Shown here piece by piece: positions 60,722 through 64,000 of a stretch of DNA of 64,000 nucleotides. The first letter of the stretch is position 1, and each line of letters opens with the position of its first letter. The translations under genes were made by a program, and so were the position numbers. Below the pieces are notes generated by a model. It made no database searches. It was not told the origin of the DNA and saw nothing but the letters and a program-made list of their open reading frames with translations. The stretch is from positions 5,614-69,613 of the forward strand of contig JAWBKW010000001.1 in assembly GCA_038831135.1 (NCBI GenBank). Direction: 5' to 3'. Origin of the DNA: Sulfolobales archaeon. GTDB lineage: Archaea > Thermoproteota > Thermoprotei_A > Sulfolobales > NBVN01.

Positions 60722-62086
60722 TCAACCCCTAGAAAATACTGACTCTAAGGACTCCACGTTTATATCCTTGAATGGGTAGGTCCCTGTGAAACATGCAAGG
60801 CAAGGGGATGATAACTTAGTTGCCCACTTAAGGCCCTCTATAGTATTATAGAGTATTGAATCTGCATATATCGCCTTAGCAATTGATTCAACGTTATTTA
60901 ATTTAGAGGCTATTAACTCTCTCCTACTAGGGAAGTCAGTACCCATGAAGCAGGGATACCTTATAGGTGGACTAGCTATTCTGACATGTATTTCAGAACA
61001 TCCACTACACCTTAGTAATTTATTGATTTCATTGAGGGTCAAGCCCCTTATTAGCGAATCATCAATAACTGCTACTTTCTTACCATCAATCACTGACTTA
61101 ACTACGCCGTACTTGATGCTTGAGATAAATTCCCGAATCCCTGGAGGCATTATAAAACTCCTACCAACGTACCTATTCCTAAATAATCCCTCATCAAACC
61201 TAACACGCTTAGCATAGCTGTACCCTAATGCGGCGCTTCTACCGCTATCTGGTACCGGAATAGCTACATCTACATTTACTTCATCATAAGTCCCTAAGTA
61301 CGACCCCATACGGACTCTGGCTTCATGTACTTGAACGCCGTTGAATACCGTATCAGGTCTTGAGAAATAGATGTATTCAAAAATACATGGAGTGAAGCAT
61401 TTAATTCCACTACTTACTGACTCTAAAGACTCACCATCATAAGATAGAACTTCACCAGGCCCTAATTCCTTCCAATTACTTAGGCCTAAGGCTTCTAAGG
61501 CACTAGTTTCAGAAGCAACTACAAATAAGTCATCATCAGCAACGTAAGCTAAGGGCTTGAATCCGTGAGGATCCCTAGCCAAGATTATTTTAGGCTCAGA
61601 GGTAAGGACAACTAAGCTATAACTACCTATCACTAACTCACTAAGCTTCTTAACAGCCTCAACAGTATCTCCCAACTCGTTTGATAGTTCATAAACTAAC
61701 TTAGCCAGAGTCTCGGAATCACTTCTACATTCACTATTTAGGTAAGTCTTAGATAGTTCACGATAATTTATGATGTTACCGTTAAATGCGAGTGAAATCA
61801 CCCTATTACCTGATCCAACCTTTATAGGTTGAGCTCCTTCACTCCCCATATAACCCCCAGAGGTTGAGTACCTGACATGGCCGATAGCAACCGTAGAGTT
61901 TAAACAGCTTACCTCATTTAGGTCTAGGGCTGTTAATACGTAACCACTACGAACTACTGTCTTAACATCATTATCTACTATACATGATATTCCAGCAGAT
62001 TCTTGGCCTCTATGCTGCAACTCAAGTAATAGTCTATAAGTGCGCGCAGGGGCGTTTAAGCCGAAGAAAGCAGCTATCCCGCACAT
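60722..62086 (-). CDS. purF: Amidophosphoribosyltransferase PurF
   Basis: 454 aa. Ntn-amidotransferase start MCGIAAFFG...LQHRGQESAGI and PRPP motif KVAVIDDSLIRGLT. Confidence 0.9.
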   Translation of the reverse strand: MCGIAAFFGLNAPARTYRLLLELQHRGQESAGISCIVDNDVKTVVRSGYVLTALDLNEVSCLNSTVAIGHVRYSTSGGYMGSEGAQPIKVGSGNRVISLAFNGNIINYRELSKTYLNSECRSDSETLAKLVYELSNELGDTVEAVKKLSELVIGSYSLVVLTSEPKIILARDPHGFKPLAYVADDDLFVVASETSALEALGLSNWKELGPGEVLSYDGESLESVSSGIKCFTPCIFEYIYFSRPDTVFNGVQVHEARVRMGSYLGTYDEVNVDVAIPVPDSGRSAALGYSYAKRVRFDEGLFRNRYVGRSFIMPPGIREFISSIKYGVVKSVIDGKKVAVIDDSLIRGLTLNEINKLLRCSGCSEIHVRIASPPIRYPCFMGTDFPSRRELIASKLNNVESIAKAIYADSILYNTIEGLKWATKLSSPCLACFTGTYPFKDINVESLESVFSRG

Positions 62087-62089
62087 GAG

Positions 62090-64000
62090 TTACCCCTCTA
62101 GGAGTTTCTCTAGAGATTCCTCGTAGATGTTGCGTAGTTCATTAACATCAAACCTTAATACCTCAGCACCTAAGTGCTTAATTACTAATTCATTACCATC
62201 AACAATGCCTAATACCCCTACATCAACATTTAATTCATGAGCTATCTCTAAGGCTACGTCTAGGGACTCCCTACGAACTTCAACTAGGTACCGAGCCTGA
62301 CTCTCAGAAAACAGTAAGTGCTGTAGGTCGCAACCTCTCTCAGGCGCATTACCTAATTCAATACTCACACCCTTTAAGCCCTTAACGCACATTTCAGTTA
62401 ATGCTACAGCAATACCACCTAAACTGATATCATGTACGGTAACAGCGTAACCACGATCAATTAATTTCTTTACGTATCTCCCATTAAGTATCTCAGTTGA
62501 AGGTCTAGGTAAGGGTACTTCACCAGCCTCAATACCAAAGCATCTATGTAGTAACTCACTACTACCTAACTCAGGATAAGTTACGCCAACAATTAACACG
62601 TAATCTCCTACATACTTTAAATTAAGTGTTGAAGCCCTCCTAACATCTTCAATAACACCGACGCCAACTATGGTGGTCACAGGCTTGACTTGAGATTCAT
62701 TATTTAGATCCTCATTATAGAAACTTACCTTACCCCCGACAATAGGTATCCTAAGTTCTTGAGCCATCCACGAAATACCCTTAACCATCTGAGTGAAGTA
62801 CCAGTATTGGCTGGGTTTTTCGGGGTTTCCCGCATTAAGTTCATCAACTATTGCTATCGGTAGAGAACCTACACTGACTAAGTTTCTGAAACATTCACCA
62901 ACAGCATTAGCCGCGCCTCTAAACGGATCAACATAAGTATACCTAGGGTTACCATCACCCTTCACAGCTATTCCTAGGTGTTTGTCGTCCTCCATCAACC
63001 TAATTACTGCAGCATCTCCATAACCCGGCTTAATCACGGTTCTAATCCCTACCTCATAATCGTATTGACTATATACCCACTCCTTAGATACTATGTTCGG
63101 TGACGAAATTAGTTCCAAGAAAGCGTTTCTGAGGTTAGTAATTTTAGGGACTCTTAACTCATTAGCTAAGGTAAGGTATTCCTTAGGAATCTCAACATCC
63201 CATAACTTAATTTGAGGTCTGGCTAACTCATTAGCAGGAACCTCAGCCACTAACTTACCATTATAGTATACTTTAATGATACCGGTGTTGTCTAAATAGC
63301 CGATCACGCTATACTGTAAGTCATATTTCCTTAGGACTGAAGCGAAGTCATGTAATTGCTCCTTAGAGATTATTACCAACATCCTTTCTTGGCTTTCTGA
63401 AACTAGAACTTCTTCAGGCTCCATATTAGCCTCTCTTATATGCAGCGAGTTAAGTTCTATTATAGCTCCTAACCCATAATCGGCTGTTACTTCAGATATT
63501 GCTGTAGCGAGACCCCCACCACCTAAATCCTTGACGTACTTAATTAGCCCCCTATCAACAGCTTCAGATAATGCATCGATTAGTAGTTTCTCAATTAATG
63601 GGTTACCAACCTGGACAGCAGCTATGTTGCTTGAGTCATTATCGCTTAAGGGTTTGGAAGCAAAGCTACTTCCGAAAACTCCATCCCTACCAGTCGTATT
63701 CCCAACAATTAATATTAGGTCATTAGTTTCAGGCTTATAAGTAAGTAGTTTACTCAGCTCGATGACACCGACACACGCTACATTAACTAATGGATACCTA
63801 CTATAAGACTTATCGAACCAAGTCAATCCAGCAACTACTGGAACACCTATTCTATTTCCGTAATCACTGATTCCCTTAACAACACCTTTAATTAGCCAAT
63901 TAGCGTAGCCGTCATTAGGTTCTCCAAAGAACAGCAGGTCAAGTAGAGCGATCGGTTTAGCCCCTAATGTTAGTATATCACGTACTATCCCGCCAACGCC
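62090..64000 (-). CDS. purL: Phosphoribosylformylglycinamidine synthase subunit PurL (5' end beyond window)
   Basis: The track start at 63826 is an internal TTG. The frame stays open to 64000 and encodes [26 protein letters not shown]...[10 protein letters not shown], the conserved PurL N-domain. The gene is therefore 5'-partial. Confidence 0.9.
   Translation of the reverse strand, partial: GVGGIVRDILTLGAKPIALLDLLFFGEPNDGYANWLIKGVVKGISDYGNRIGVPVVAGLTWFDKSYSRYPLVNVACVGVIELSKLLTYKPETNDLILIVGNTTGRDGVFGSSFASKPLSDNDSSNIAAVQVGNPLIEKLLIDALSEAVDRGLIKYVKDLGGGGLATAISEVTADYGLGAIIELNSLHIREANMEPEEVLVSESQERMLVIISKEQLHDFASVLRKYDLQYSVIGYLDNTGIIKVYYNGKLVAEVPANELARPQIKLWDVEIPKEYLTLANELRVPKITNLRNAFLELISSPNIVSKEWVYSQYDYEVGIRTVIKPGYGDAAVIRLMEDDKHLGIAVKGDGNPRYTYVDPFRGAANAVGECFRNLVSVGSLPIAIVDELNAGNPEKPSQYWYFTQMVKGISWMAQELRIPIVGGKVSFYNEDLNNESQVKPVTTIVGVGVIEDVRRASTLNLKYVGDYVLIVGVTYPELGSSELLHRCFGIEAGEVPLPRPSTEILNGRYVKKLIDRGYAVTVHDISLGGIAVALTEMCVKGLKGVSIELGNAPERGCDLQHLLFSESQARYLVEVRRESLDVALEIAHELNVDVGVLGIVDGNELVIKHLGAEVLRFDVNELRNIYEESLEKLLEG

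Noticed and set aside
1-64000. CRISPR arrays, transposases, integrases, toxin-antitoxin or other defence cassettes
   Set aside because: I saw no regularly spaced direct repeats of 24-40 nt and no recombinase or Cas-like ORFs. The lone RHH gene (28341-28568) has no partner toxin ORF.

Overview
This 64-kb window is an AT-rich crenarchaeal chromosome segment. All calls rest on reading motifs by eye; no database search was run. tRNA genes with multiple or non-canonically placed introns, SD-led operon genes and the gene repertoire suggest a Thermoproteales-like organism (Caldivirga/Vulcanisaeta type), which is an inference. The content is almost entirely core housekeeping, with no CRISPR array, transposase, integrase or recognisable defence system.

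Content, in order:
- A tRNA-maturation cluster: Trm11/Trm-G10 methyltransferase, RNase Z, CCA-adding enzyme, ThpR and tRNA-Pro.
- Hjc, a stomatin/NfeD/DUF763 operon, DGGGP-synthase-like UbiA, NikR and NFACT/Rqc2.
- Topo VI B and A subunits.
- A dUTP/uracil-avoidance and repair group: thyX, dcd, UDG and ATP DNA ligase.
- TrmI and SufS-like desulfurase.
- A second RNA-processing island: tRNA-Gly, archease, tRNA-Phe, YhbY, Rpp21, Nep1 and tRNA-Glu.
- The conserved archaeal block S19e / PDCD5-like / L39e / L31e / aIF6 / LX / PfdA / FtsY / SecE / Spt5 / L11 / L1 / P0 / AlaRS.
- A molybdopterin oxidoreductase, EF-1alpha/S10, and a purine operon (purL-F-F'-D-T-M-P-B-E) running off the right edge.

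Most notable observations:
1. A 320-aa Ser1/Ser+1 intein splits the Toprim DxD metal site of the Spo11-like Top6A.
2. Three conserved genes (PDCD5-like, Rpp21, TrmI) have homologous N-terminal coding sequence in frame but no ATG/GTG/TTG. This implies AUU/AUC initiation (one has a perfect GAGGTGAT SD) or recoding.
3. Two well-formed C/D box sRNAs are missing from the ORF track. One guide matches 11 nt in a nearby GC-rich non-coding island.
4. tRNA-Pro has two introns and tRNA-Phe has an intron inside the anticodon stem.
5. A sulerythrin-like gene is interrupted by two in-frame TGA codons.
6. A tandem PurF paralog has its Cys1 nucleophile replaced by Ala.
7. All three intron-less tRNAs have unusually long non-coding 3' flanks, one with a TTAGG repeat array.
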